Below are positions 46,202 to 58,089 of a stretch of 64,000 bases of DNA, piece by piece; the stretch's first letter is position 1, and every line of letters starts with the position of its first letter. This DNA is from Wenzhouxiangella sp. (GTDB lineage: Bacteria; Pseudomonadota; Gammaproteobacteria; Xanthomonadales; Wenzhouxiangellaceae): the NCBI GenBank assembly GCA_046540955.1, contig JBKHEF010000013.1:1104-65103 (forward strand). The letters are read 5' to 3'. The notes beneath the pieces are model-generated. The model did no database searches and was not told the DNA's origin. It saw only the letters and a list, made by a program, of their open reading frames with translations. A program made the position numbers and the translations under genes.

Positions 46202-46233
46202 ACAAGCCGCTGGCAACAGCGGCTTGTTTCTTT
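46202..46233 (+). terminator. Internal terminator after TBDR
   Basis: ACAAGCCGCTG-GCAA-CAGCGGCTTGT then TTCTTT. Confidence 0.75.
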
Positions 46234-46241
46234 GAGATGAC

Positions 46242-47822
46242 ATGACCGACCAGCCCATCAGCAATATCGTCATCGTCGGCGGCGGCAGCGCGGGATGGAT
46301 CACCGCCGGCCTGCTGGCCAGCGCATATCCCCGTTCCGGACCCGGTGCGGTCGCAGTGACCGTGATCGAGTCGCCCGATGTCAAGACCATTGGCGTGGGC
46401 GAGGGCACCTGGCCAACCATGCGGGCCACGCTGCGCCGGATCGGCCTGGGCGAACGAGAGTTTCTCCAGACCTGCTCGGCCTCGCTCAAGCAGGGCACGC
46501 GCTTTTGCGGCTGGGTCTCCGGGGCAGACGACGATGTCTATTACCACCCCTTTACCGTGCCCGCCGGTTACCCGGGCAATGGCCTGCTGGCGTGGTGGCA
46601 ACAGCAGGGTGGTCGGATGCGGTTTGCCGATGCAGTCACCCCCCAGGGCAGGGTCTGCGATCGCGGTCTGGCACCGAAACTGGCCGCTACCCCTGATTAC
46701 GCGCATGTCCTCAATTACGGCTATCACCTCGATGCCGGCAAGTTCGCCGACCTGCTCAAGACCCACTGCATTGACAGGCTCCAGGTGCGCCACCTGGTCG
46801 ATCACGTCACCGGCATAGACGGCGCGCCCGATCAGGATATCCGCGCCCTCAATCTGGCCAACAGTGGTCCGCTGGCGGCTGACCTGTTTATCGACTGCAC
46901 CGGCCAGTCCAGCCTGCTGCTGGGCCGGCACTATGGCATCGAACTGATCAGCCAGGATCATGTCCTGTTCAACGATCGTGCCCTGGCCGTGCAGGTGCCG
47001 TATGCCCGGCCGGGCAGTCCGGTCGAGTCGCAGACCAATTCCACCGCCCAGGCGGCCGGCTGGGTCTGGGACATCGGCCTGAGTTCGCGCCGCGGCATCG
47101 GCTATGTCTATTCCAGCCGCCACTGCGACGATGACCAGGCCGAACAGACCCTGCGCCAATACCTGGCCCGGACGAGTGCCCTCGACCCGGCTTCGGTCGC
47201 GCCGCGCAAGCTTGCTTTCACACCCGGTTACCGGGCGCGCTTCTGGCATCGCAACTGTGTGGCGGTGGGCATGTCGGCCGGGTTCATCGAGCCGCTGGAA
47301 GCCAGCGCGCTGGTCATGATTGAGCTGGCCGCCGCTGCCATTACCGACGAGTTGCCGGCTACCCGGGCAACGATGGACACCGTCGCGCGGCGATTCAACA
47401 CCCGCTTTGGCGAGCGCTGGGAGCGGATCATCGATTTTCTCAAGCTCCATTACGTCTTGAGCCGCCGGGAAGACAGCGATTACTGGATCGACAACCGCCG
47501 GGCCGAGTCCATGCCCGAGCACCTGGCCGAGGCCATCGAGTTGTGGCGAGACCGCTTTCCGGGCCCGAGCGATTTTGCCCGCGTCGATGAAATCTTTTCT
47601 GCCGCCAGCTACCAGTACGTGCTCTATGGCATGGGCTTTGAAACCCGGCCGCGCCCACGCGCCGGGCAGGCGGTCGAGATCGAGCAGGGGCGCGCATTGC
47701 ATCTGGAGATCGAACGCCAGAGCCGCCGCCTGCTGGCCCAGCTGCCCGACAACCGCGGGTATTTGAGCGAGATCGCCGGCCCGGCATCCGCGCCCTCCGG
47801 CCCGGTGGTGGCCGGTATCTGA
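46242..47822 (+). CDS. Tryptophan-halogenase family flavin-dependent enzyme 1
   Basis: GGGSAG, GVGEGT, SLKQG catalytic Lys, WVWDIG, GFIEPLEAS. Confidence 0.92.
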   Translation: MTDQPISNIVIVGGGSAGWITAGLLASAYPRSGPGAVAVTVIESPDVKTIGVGEGTWPTMRATLRRIGLGEREFLQTCSASLKQGTRFCGWVSGADDDVYYHPFTVPAGYPGNGLLAWWQQQGGRMRFADAVTPQGRVCDRGLAPKLAATPDYAHVLNYGYHLDAGKFADLLKTHCIDRLQVRHLVDHVTGIDGAPDQDIRALNLANSGPLAADLFIDCTGQSSLLLGRHYGIELISQDHVLFNDRALAVQVPYARPGSPVESQTNSTAQAAGWVWDIGLSSRRGIGYVYSSRHCDDDQAEQTLRQYLARTSALDPASVAPRKLAFTPGYRARFWHRNCVAVGMSAGFIEPLEASALVMIELAAAAITDELPATRATMDTVARRFNTRFGERWERIIDFLKLHYVLSRREDSDYWIDNRRAESMPEHLAEAIELWRDRFPGPSDFARVDEIFSAASYQYVLYGMGFETRPRPRAGQAVEIEQGRALHLEIERQSRRLLAQLPDNRGYLSEIAGPASAPSGPVVAGI

Positions 47823-47849
47823 CCATGCTGACCAGGGATTGACCACGAC

Positions 47850-48590
47850 ATGCCGCGTCACGAACCGCTCGACAATATCCGGCACAAGGATCTGCGCATC
47901 GACCGTCGCCCCGGCCCCGGCCGCGGTTTCGACGTGCAGCTGGCGCGTGTGTTTCCGGTTGAACTGGGGGCATTGCAGGCTGAGTATCCGCTGTTCCTGA
48001 CCCGCAATGCCGCCAGCGGGCACTTCGACCTGGTTGCCCTGCTGGGCCTGGAAGCCGGGGAAAATCTGTATCTTGGGGAAGGGGAGTGGCTGGCCCGGAT
48101 CCAGCCGCTGAGCATCGAGCGCCAGCCCTTCCTGATCGGGTTCCAGCCCGATCAGGATCCAGGCGGTGCTGCGCCGATGCCGGTGATCCATATCGACATG
48201 GACCATCCGGCGGTCAGCGATTCGGTCGGCGAGCCGGTTTTTCTGCCGCATGGCGGCGACAGCCCGCTGCTTGAGCGGATGAATACCGTGCTGGCCACGA
48301 TCCATGCCGGCCACCAGGCCAGCGAGAGTTTCTCGCGCCTGCTGGTCGGGCTGGACCTGGTCGAATCGCTCGATCTCGAAGTGGAACTCAACGACGGCAG
48401 CCGGCGTGGTCTGACCGGGCTCTACACGATCAACGAACAACGCCTGGCCGGACTCGATGGCGACAGCCTGGCGACCCTGCATCGACAGGGTTGCCTGCAG
48501 CACGTCTACATGTTGCTGGCTTCCATGCCGCAGCTGGCGGTGCTGATCGAGCGCAAGAACCGGAAGCTGGGCGCCCCGGCGCCGGCCTGA
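47850..48590 (+). CDS. SapC family protein
   Basis: HKDLRI, LQAEYPLF, ALLGLEAGENL, RQPFLIG, GLYTINE. Confidence 0.88.
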   Translation: MPRHEPLDNIRHKDLRIDRRPGPGRGFDVQLARVFPVELGALQAEYPLFLTRNAASGHFDLVALLGLEAGENLYLGEGEWLARIQPLSIERQPFLIGFQPDQDPGGAAPMPVIHIDMDHPAVSDSVGEPVFLPHGGDSPLLERMNTVLATIHAGHQASESFSRLLVGLDLVESLDLEVELNDGSRRGLTGLYTINEQRLAGLDGDSLATLHRQGCLQHVYMLLASMPQLAVLIERKNRKLGAPAPA

Positions 48591-48594
48591 GCCC

Positions 48595-49608
48595 ATGCTG
48601 CCGGTTCCCCAGCCCATCGAGGAAGCACAAGGCATCAGCGCGGCCAGGGTGCATGCCCACGTGGCCGGACTGGAGCGGCCGCTGGTGTTGCGCGGCCTCA
48701 TCGCCGACTGGCCGCTGGTCACCGCCGCGCGGGCCTCGATCCGGCAGGCTGCTGATTACCTGCTCAGGTTCGACACCGGCCAGCCGGTGACCGCCTTCAT
48801 CGGCCAGCCCGGGGACCAGGGCCGGATCTTCTACAACGACGATCTGACTGACACCAACTTTACTCCACAGCGGGTCGGCCTGCCCCAGGTTCTCGAACAG
48901 CTCGAAGCGCAGGCCGACAACCCCGGCGCAGCGACCCTGTACGTCGGCTCCTCGGCCATTGACCTGTGCCTGCCCGGCTTGAGTGCCGACAACAGTCTGC
49001 CGCCGGGACGCTTTCGGGCCTCGGTCCGGATCTGGCTGGGCAATCGCACCCGGGTGGCCGCGCACTACGATGCGCTTGAGAACATCGCCTGCGTGTGCGG
49101 CGGCCGGCGCCGCTTCACCCTGTTTCCACCCGACCAGCTGGCCAATCTGTACGTCGGGCCGATGGAGCTGACCCCGGCCGGTCAGCAGATCAGCCTGGTC
49201 GACTTTGAAAACCCGGACCTGGAGAGTCATCCACGCTTTGCCCAGGCGCTGGAGCACGCTGTTACCGCCACCCTGGGGCCGGGTGATGCCGTCTACATCC
49301 CGCCGATGTGGTGGCACCACGTCGAGGGGCTGGAGCCGTTCAATATCCTGATCAACCACTGGTGGCGCGAGGTGCCGGACTACATGGGCGCGCCCAACGA
49401 TGCCCTGCTGCACGCCATCTTGAACATCCGTGACCTGCCGCCCGCCCAGCGCCAGGCCTGGCAGGGGCTGTTCGAGCACTACGTGTTCCATGCCGACGAG
49501 CAGACGGCCGAACACATCCCGCCGCACAGCCGCGGCGTGCTCGGCGAGCTCGACGACACCATCGCCCGGCGCCTGCGCAGCCTGCTGCGCAACAAGCTCA
49601 ACCGCTGA
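48595..49608 (+). CDS. JmjC/Cupin_8 2OG-Fe(II) oxygenase (Pass1-like)
   Basis: IWLGN, HYD...RRRFTLFPP, PGDAVYIPPMWWHHV facial triad. Confidence 0.88.
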   Translation: MLPVPQPIEEAQGISAARVHAHVAGLERPLVLRGLIADWPLVTAARASIRQAADYLLRFDTGQPVTAFIGQPGDQGRIFYNDDLTDTNFTPQRVGLPQVLEQLEAQADNPGAATLYVGSSAIDLCLPGLSADNSLPPGRFRASVRIWLGNRTRVAAHYDALENIACVCGGRRRFTLFPPDQLANLYVGPMELTPAGQQISLVDFENPDLESHPRFAQALEHAVTATLGPGDAVYIPPMWWHHVEGLEPFNILINHWWREVPDYMGAPNDALLHAILNIRDLPPAQRQAWQGLFEHYVFHADEQTAEHIPPHSRGVLGELDDTIARRLRSLLRNKLNR

Positions 49609-49626
49609 ACCACAAGGATTCCGGAC

Positions 49627-51140
49627 ATGGCCGCAAGCGACATTGACAGTTTCGGGCGGATCATCATCGTCGGCGGCGGCACGGCCGGCTGGATGGCGGC
49701 CGCGGCCCTGGCCAAGACCTTCGGCACAAGCAAGCACATCGAGCTGATCGAATCCGACGAGATCGGCACGGTCGGGGTGGGCGAGGCGACCATTCCGGCG
49801 ATCAGGAACTTTCACCTGCTGCTGGGCCTGGATGAGGCGGAGTTCCTCGAGGCGGTCAACGGCACCTTCAAACTGGGTATCGAGTTCGAGAACTGGGGCC
49901 GGGTCGGCGAGCGCTATTTCCACCCCTTCGGCCCGCCGGGCGCGGATGGCTGGGCGGCGCAGTTTCATCATTACTGGCTCAAGAGCCGGGCCCTTGGCGA
50001 GACCGGCAGCCTGAATGATTTCAGCTTCGAGGCCACCCTGGCCCGGGCCGGGCGCTTCGGGATGAATGGTGAGCCCCGCCCGAACTATGCCTATCATTTC
50101 GACGCCGGCCTGTATGCCCGGCTGCTGCGCCGCTACAGCGAAGCGCGCGGTGTCCGCCGCATCGAGGGCAAGGTAGTCGACGTCAAGCTGCACGGCGAAA
50201 CCGGCCTGATCGAGGCGGTGACGCTGGCCTCCGGCCAGGCCATCGCCGGCGATTTCTTTATCGACTGCAGCGGCTTTCGCGGCCTGCTCATCGAGCAGAC
50301 CCTGGCCACCGGCTGGGAGGACTGGTCGCAGTGGCTGCGCTCGGACTCGGCCGTGGCGGTCCAGAGTGAGTCGGTCGCAGCCCCCATCCCGTATACCCGC
50401 TCGACCGCGCGCAGTGCCGGCTGGCAGTGGAAGATTCCCCTCCAGCACCGGGTCGGCAACGGCATCGTGTTCAGCTCGCGTTACCTGAGCGAAGACCAGG
50501 CGACCAGGCTGCTGCTCGACAATATCGACGGCAAGCCGATCACCGAACCGCGCTGCATCCGCTTTCGCACCGGCCGACGGCTCTTGCAGTGGAACCAGAA
50601 CTGCCTGGCCCTGGGCCTGGCCAGCGGCTTTCTCGAGCCGCTGGAATCAACCAGCATCCACATGATCCAGAACAGCCTGATCCGCTTCATCAAGCTGTTC
50701 CCGGCCGGCCGGATCGAGCCGACCGAGGTCGACCAGTTCAACCGCGATGTCCAGCTCGAAGCCGAGTACATCCGCGACTTCATCATCCTGCACTACCACG
50801 TCAACCAGCGCACCGATTCGGACTTCTGGGTCGATTGCCGCAACATGTCCGTGCCCGACACGCTCGCTCACAAGATCGGACTGTTCGCCAGCAACGCACG
50901 CGTGTTCCGCGACCAGTACGAACTGTTTGCCGAACAATCCTGGGTGGCGGTCATGACCGGGCAGGGCATCGAGCCGGCCGGTTATCACCCCATCGTCAAC
51001 AACCTGGCGGATGCCGAACTGAAGCAACTGATGACCGAAACCCGCTCGCGCATCGCCGCGCATGTCCGGCGGCAACCGACCCACGGCGACTACCTGGCCG
51101 GTCTGAAGCCCGCCCGGGCGCGAACCGCCGAGGCGGCCCG

Positions 51141-51144
<4 letters not shown>
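49627..51144 (+). CDS. Tryptophan-halogenase family flavin-dependent enzyme 2
   Basis: GGGTAG, GVGEATIP, TFKLG catalytic Lys, WQWKIP, GFLEPLESTS. Confidence 0.93.
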
Positions 51145-52595
<1,451 letters not shown>

Positions 52596-52609
52596 GGCGG
52601 GGGGCGCAC

Positions 52610-53308
52610 ATGCAATGGACTGAATGCCCCGATCGTGCCGCCCTGGTCGATGCTGTCAGCCAGCGCATCGCGGTGCGCCTGAGCGCCGCCCTCGAGGCCG
52701 GGCCGGAAGCCTGCATCGCGCTGGCCGGTGGCGGCACGCCGATGCCGATCTATGCCCGCCTGGCCGGGCTGGATCTGGACTGGGCGCGGGTGGTTGCCGT
52801 GGCCACCGACGAGCGTTGGGTAGCGGCCGATCATCCGGCCAGCAATGCCAGCCAGATCCGGCGGCAATTTGCCGGCACCGGTCTGCGTGTGGCCGGTCTG
52901 GTGCCCGAGCAGGCCGGCGGCGAGGCCAGCGTGGAGGCGGCCGAACAGACCCTGGCCAGGCTGGGTGATATCTTTGATCTGGCGCTTGTTGGCATGGGCG
53001 GTGATGGACATTTTGCTTCGCTGTTTCCGCATGCCCCGGCGCTTGCAACCGGCCTGGATCCTGAGGCGATCGAAAGCGCCCTGGTGGTGATGCCCGACCC
53101 ACTGCCGCCCGAGGCCCCGTTTGCCCGCGTGACCCTGACCCTGGCCCGGCTGCTGGCCAGCCGCAGCCTGATGCTGGTCATCACCGGCGAGGCCAAGTAC
53201 AAGGTTCTGCGGCAAGCGCTGCAGCCCGATGCCGATCCGCACAAGCTGCCGATCGCCGCCCTGCTGCGCTCGGCCGGTGACCGGCTGGAAATCTTCTGGA
53301 GTCCATGA
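52610..53308 (+). CDS. pgl: 6-phosphogluconolactonase
   Basis: ALAGGGTP, TDERWV...SN, GMGGDGHFASLFP. Confidence 0.93.
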   Translation: MQWTECPDRAALVDAVSQRIAVRLSAALEAGPEACIALAGGGTPMPIYARLAGLDLDWARVVAVATDERWVAADHPASNASQIRRQFAGTGLRVAGLVPEQAGGEASVEAAEQTLARLGDIFDLALVGMGGDGHFASLFPHAPALATGLDPEAIESALVVMPDPLPPEAPFARVTLTLARLLASRSLMLVITGEAKYKVLRQALQPDADPHKLPIAALLRSAGDRLEIFWSP

Positions 53309-55150
53309 ATGACGATGCTCGACCCGACCATTGAACAAGTCACCGAACGCATCGCCCGCCGCAGCGCCAGGCTGCGCCAGGACTACCTCGACCGGATCGA
53401 CCGGGCGCGCGATGCCGGTACCGCGCGGAGCCGGATCAGCTGCGGCAACCTGGCCCATGCCTTCGCCGCCTCGGGCGCTGACAAGCCCGTGCTCAAGAGC
53501 CTGCAGCGGCCCAATATCGGCATCGTGTCGGCCTACAACGACATGCTCTCGGCCCATCAGCCGCTGGAGAAGTTCCCGGGCCTGATCAAGCTGGCCGCCC
53601 AGGCCAAAGGCTGTACGGCGCAGTTTGCCGGTGGCGTGCCGGCGATGTGCGACGGGGTCACCCAGGGCCAGGTCGGGATGGAGCTGTCGCTGTTCTCGCG
53701 CGATGTCATCGCCCAGGCCACCGCCGTGGCCCTGTCGCACAACACCTTCGATGCAGCCGTGATGCTGGGCGTGTGCGACAAGATCGTGCCGGGTCTGCTG
53801 ATTGGCGCGCTGGCCTTTGGCCACCTGCCGGTGATCCTGGTCCCGGCCGGGCCGATGCCCTCGGGGCTGCCCAACAGCGAAAAGGCGCGTATCCGCAAGC
53901 TGCACGCCGAAGGCAAGGCCAGCCGCGAGGAATTGCTGGAAGCCGAGGCCGCCTCTTATCATTCGCCCGGGACCTGCACCTTCTACGGCACCGCCAATTC
54001 CAACCAGATGCTGATGGAAGTGATGGGCCTGCACATGCCCGGTGCGGCGTTCATCAACCCCAACACCCCGCTTAGAGACGCCCTGACCCTGGCCGCGGCC
54101 GAGCGGGCCTGCGACATCACCGCCGCCGGCGAGGCTTATACACCGATTGGCCGAACCGTGGATGAGAAAGCCATCGTCAACGCCATGGTCGGGCTGGCGG
54201 CTACGGGGGGGTCGACCAACCACGCCATCCACCTGGTGGCGATCGCCCGGGCGGCGGGCCTTCTCATTGACTGGAACGACCTGGACGCGATTTCCCGGGC
54301 CACACCGCTGCTGGCCCGGATTTATCCCAACGGCCAGGCCGACGTCAATCACTTCCATGCTGCCGGCGGCCTGGCGCTGGTGATGCGCGAGCTGCTTGAT
54401 GCCGGCCTGCTGCACCCGGACATCCGCTGCGTGCACGGCGGCGATCTGTACGCCCAGGCACGCGAGCCGGTGCTTGACGGCGACCGGCTGGACTGGACGC
54501 CGGCCGTTGCCGCCTCGCTCGATACCGATATCGTCCGGCCCGTCTCCGAACCGTTTGCGCCTGAAGGCGGCATTCGCCTGCTCCAGGGTCGACTGGGCCG
54601 GGCCATTGTCAAGATCTCGGCGGTGGCACCACAGCATCGCCGGATCGAGGCCCCGGCGCGGATCTTCGACTCGCAGGATAAACTGCTGCAAGCCTTTGCT
54701 CGTGGTGACCTCGAAGGCGATTTCGTCGCCGTGCTCCGCGGCCAGGGACCCAAGGCCAACGGCATGCCGGAATTGCACAAGCTCACGCCCACCTTGCAGG
54801 TGCTGCAGGACCGTGGCCAGCGCGTGGCCCTGTTGACCGACGGGCGCATGTCGGGCGCTTCCGGCACCGTGCTGGCGGCCATTCACCTGGTGCCCGAAGC
54901 GGCCAGCGGCGGCCTGATCGGCCGGCTGGTCGACGGCGATCCGGTGATCATCGACGCCGACCGCGGCATGCTCGACACCGGGCTGGACGGCGCCGAACTG
55001 GCCGGCCGCCCGGCCTGGCGGCCCGACCTGTCCGAATCGGCCTGGGGTTGCGGCCGCGAGCTGTTTGCCACCGCCCGCGCGGTAGTCGGTGATGCCGAAA
55101 GCGGAGCCAGTACTTTGTTCGGTGATCCGGAGTCAATGAGCGATGGCTGA
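53309..55150 (+). CDS. edd: Phosphogluconate dehydratase
   Basis: [55 protein letters not shown]. Confidence 0.97.
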   Translation: MTMLDPTIEQVTERIARRSARLRQDYLDRIDRARDAGTARSRISCGNLAHAFAASGADKPVLKSLQRPNIGIVSAYNDMLSAHQPLEKFPGLIKLAAQAKGCTAQFAGGVPAMCDGVTQGQVGMELSLFSRDVIAQATAVALSHNTFDAAVMLGVCDKIVPGLLIGALAFGHLPVILVPAGPMPSGLPNSEKARIRKLHAEGKASREELLEAEAASYHSPGTCTFYGTANSNQMLMEVMGLHMPGAAFINPNTPLRDALTLAAAERACDITAAGEAYTPIGRTVDEKAIVNAMVGLAATGGSTNHAIHLVAIARAAGLLIDWNDLDAISRATPLLARIYPNGQADVNHFHAAGGLALVMRELLDAGLLHPDIRCVHGGDLYAQAREPVLDGDRLDWTPAVAASLDTDIVRPVSEPFAPEGGIRLLQGRLGRAIVKISAVAPQHRRIEAPARIFDSQDKLLQAFARGDLEGDFVAVLRGQGPKANGMPELHKLTPTLQVLQDRGQRVALLTDGRMSGASGTVLAAIHLVPEAASGGLIGRLVDGDPVIIDADRGMLDTGLDGAELAGRPAWRPDLSESAWGCGRELFATARAVVGDAESGASTLFGDPESMSDG

Positions 55151-56144
55151 TGATGTGGTGCTGGTGGGCGATATCGGCGGCACCAACGCCCGCTTCACCC
55201 TGGCCGAAAGCGGACTTGAGCGTCCGCAGTTGCGCGCTCTGGAGATTCTGGCGACCAACGACTTCGCCAGCCTGCAGGCGGCGGCCGAATACTACCTGGG
55301 GCAGGTTGCAGTCAGGCCGCGCCGGGCCGCGCTGGCTGTGGCCTGTCCGGTGCGAAGCGACGATATCTGCCTGACCAACCGCGCCTGGTCGTTCAATCGA
55401 CTCCAGCTGGCAGCCGCGCTGGGTCTTGACGAGTTGCGTGTGATCAATGATTTCGGGGCCGCCGCCCGGGGGATCGCCGCGCTCGGCCCGGATGAATACG
55501 AGCTGCTCTGCGGCCGGGCGCGGACCGGGCTCAGCGATCCGGTCAGCGTGATCGGGCCCGGCACCGGCATGGGAGTGGCCTTGCTGGTGCGCAACCCGGA
55601 CCAGTGCTGGCAGGTCATCGAGACCGAGGGCGGCCACATCAGCCTGGCCACGCTGGGGCCGGAAGAGCGCCGGATTCGTGATTGGCTGGCCGTCCGCCAC
55701 GGCCGGGTCTCGATCGAGCGGGTCTTGTCCGGGCCCGGACTGTCCGAGGTGCACGCCGCCTTCTCTGGCCTGCCTCCGGCAAGGCAAAGCACGCCGGATT
55801 CGGCCCTGCAGGCACCCGCGGATGTTGTCGCCGCTGCTTTGAATGGCACCGACCGCGCCGCAACCTCGACCCTGGCGCTGTTCTGCGCAACCCTGGGCAG
55901 CGTGGCCGGCGATGCCGCCCTGTTCCACGGCGCGCGCACCGTCGCCATTGCCGGCGGGATCGTGCCGCGCTTCATCCCGTTCCTTAAATCCAGTGCCTTC
56001 CGCCAGCGCTTTCTTGACAAGGGCCGGTTTGCCGCCTACCTGGAGGAGATCAACGTCGTGGTCGTCACCCATCCCGAGCCCGGACTGCTGGGCGCGGCCA
56101 TCCAGCTGCTGGCGCCGCAGGCGCCTGGTGAGCTGCCGGCATGA
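55143..56144 (+). CDS. glk: Glucokinase
   Basis: [38 protein letters not shown]. Confidence 0.95.
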   Translation: MADDVVLVGDIGGTNARFTLAESGLERPQLRALEILATNDFASLQAAAEYYLGQVAVRPRRAALAVACPVRSDDICLTNRAWSFNRLQLAAALGLDELRVINDFGAAARGIAALGPDEYELLCGRARTGLSDPVSVIGPGTGMGVALLVRNPDQCWQVIETEGGHISLATLGPEERRIRDWLAVRHGRVSIERVLSGPGLSEVHAAFSGLPPARQSTPDSALQAPADVVAAALNGTDRAATSTLALFCATLGSVAGDAALFHGARTVAIAGGIVPRFIPFLKSSAFRQRFLDKGRFAAYLEEINVVVVTHPEPGLLGAAIQLLAPQAPGELPA

Positions 56145-56767
56145 ATCTGTTCAAGACGGGCCAGTGCCCGGTCATACCGGTGGTTCGGATCGAGTCAGCC
56201 GAACGGGCGGTGGGGCTTGCCCGCACGCTGGTCGACGCCGGTCTGTCCACCATCGAGATTACCCTGCGAACGCCGGCGGCCTGCGCGGCCATCGCCCGGA
56301 TCCGGGCCGAGGTGCCCGAAGCGCTGGTCGGGGCCGGCACGGTGCTCAACGGCGATGATCTTGACCGCGTGAGCGAGGCCGGGGCCAGGTTCGCGATCGC
56401 GCCGGGGTGCAGTGATGCCCTCTATCAGGCGGCGGCCAATACATCGCTGCCGTTGCTGCCCGGCGTGGCCACGGCCTCGGAGATCATGCGCGGGCTGGAC
56501 CATGGCCACGAAATCTTCAAGTTCTTCCCGGCCCAGTCCGCCGGTGGTATCTCACTGCTCAAGGCCTGGGCAGGGCCGTTTCCGAAGGTGCGCTTTGTCC
56601 CTACCGGCGGCATCACCCCGGCCAACGCGCCCGATTATCTTCGCCTGGGCAACGTGCTGGCCGTGGGCGGGTCGTGGATGGTGCCGGAAGAGGCTATCGC
56701 TGTCGGCGACTGGGCGCAGATTGCGGCTCTGGCCCAAGCGTGCGCGGCCCTGGCCCGGGACGTCTGA
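56141..56767 (+). CDS. eda: KDPG/KHG aldolase
   Basis: EITLRT, GAGTV, PG.AT.SE, FKFFPA, PTGGI. Confidence 0.96.
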   Translation: MNLFKTGQCPVIPVVRIESAERAVGLARTLVDAGLSTIEITLRTPAACAAIARIRAEVPEALVGAGTVLNGDDLDRVSEAGARFAIAPGCSDALYQAAANTSLPLLPGVATASEIMRGLDHGHEIFKFFPAQSAGGISLLKAWAGPFPKVRFVPTGGITPANAPDYLRLGNVLAVGGSWMVPEEAIAVGDWAQIAALAQACAALARDV

Positions 56768-56782
56768 TCGGCACTTTGCGGC

Positions 56783-57970
56783 ATGGCCACAACCGAGAGA
56801 ATGCTGCTGGCCATGATCATCATCCTGGCCTTGCCCTACCTGGTCTGGCGGCTGGGCCGGACCGAGCGCTGGGCACCGCTGGTGGTGGTCCAGATCCTGA
56901 CCGGCATTGCCCTGGGGCCGGGCCTGCTCGGGGCGGTCTTTCCGAGTACCTATCAGGCCATCTTCACCCCTGAAGTCACCCTGATGCTGGGCGGGATTGC
57001 CAGCTGGGGGGTGATCCTGTTTGTCTGGGTGGCCGGACTGGAGCTCGACCTGCCCCAGGCCTGGCGTCATCGCCGCGACAGCGTCGTGACCGCGACTTTT
57101 GCCCTTCTCACCCCGTTGCTGCTGGGCTCGCTGGTCGGGGCCGTGATCCTGTGGCACGACCCGGCATGGATGGGTTCTGGTGCAATGCCGTGGCAGTTCG
57201 TGGCCGGGATCGGCATGGCCTGTGCCGTGACCGCGCTGCCGATCCTGATGCTGTTCATGGAAAAGATCGACATCCTGCGCCAGCCACTGGGCCAGCGCGT
57301 GCTGCGCTACGCCAGCCTGGACGATATCGCCATCTGGGGCGTGCTGGCGCTGATCCTGCTCGACTTCGAGCGCCTCGGCCGGCAACTGGTGTTTCTGGGG
57401 CTGTTCATTCTCGCCACCCTGGTGCTGCGCCGCGGCCTGCCGCGTGTGCCCGAATCCGATCGCTGGTTTATCGCCCTGATCTGGCTGGCGGCCTGCGCGC
57501 TGGCCGCCGACTGGGCCGGGCTGCACTACATGGTCGGGGCCTTCCTGGCCGGGGCGGTGATGGAAAGCCGCTGGCTGGGCGAGGAGCGGCTGGACCGCCT
57601 GCGCTACCTGCTGCTGCTGGTCATGATGCCGGTATTCTTCTTGTCGACCGGATTGCGCACCGAGTGGGCGCTCGGCGGGGCAGCCGTGTTGATCATTGCC
57701 GCGGCCCTGCTGGCCGCCGGGGTGGCCGGGAAACTGGCCGGGGTGCACATCGCCGCTCGCCTGCTCGGCTGGCCGGCCGGCCAGGCCCGGGTGATCGGCT
57801 GGCTGCTGCAGACCAAGGCCCTGATCATGATCATCTTCGCCAGCATCCTGCTCGACCAGCAGGTCATCGCCAACGAGATCTTTACCGCGCTGGTCCTGAT
57901 GGCGGCTGCCAGCACCATGCTGACCATGCCGATGGTTGGGCAGAAAAAAGATTTTAAAACAATGCCTTGA
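56783..57970 (+). CDS. Cation:proton antiporter (CPA2)
   Basis: GIALGPGLLG, FVAGLELD, VTALPIL, SLDDI, GAFLAG, PVFFLSTG. Confidence 0.88.
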   Translation: MATTERMLLAMIIILALPYLVWRLGRTERWAPLVVVQILTGIALGPGLLGAVFPSTYQAIFTPEVTLMLGGIASWGVILFVWVAGLELDLPQAWRHRRDSVVTATFALLTPLLLGSLVGAVILWHDPAWMGSGAMPWQFVAGIGMACAVTALPILMLFMEKIDILRQPLGQRVLRYASLDDIAIWGVLALILLDFERLGRQLVFLGLFILATLVLRRGLPRVPESDRWFIALIWLAACALAADWAGLHYMVGAFLAGAVMESRWLGEERLDRLRYLLLLVMMPVFFLSTGLRTEWALGGAAVLIIAAALLAAGVAGKLAGVHIAARLLGWPAGQARVIGWLLQTKALIMIIFASILLDQQVIANEIFTALVLMAAASTMLTMPMVGQKKDFKTMP

Positions 57971-58089
57971 ATTGATTCTTAAGCGCTGATTCGGGATCAT
58001 TCCGAAAGCTTCGGCGCGATTTCAGGACGGATCAAGCGGTGGTGCGCAGGATGGAGCGCACATTCACCCCATCGGCCGGAGATCGCGCC

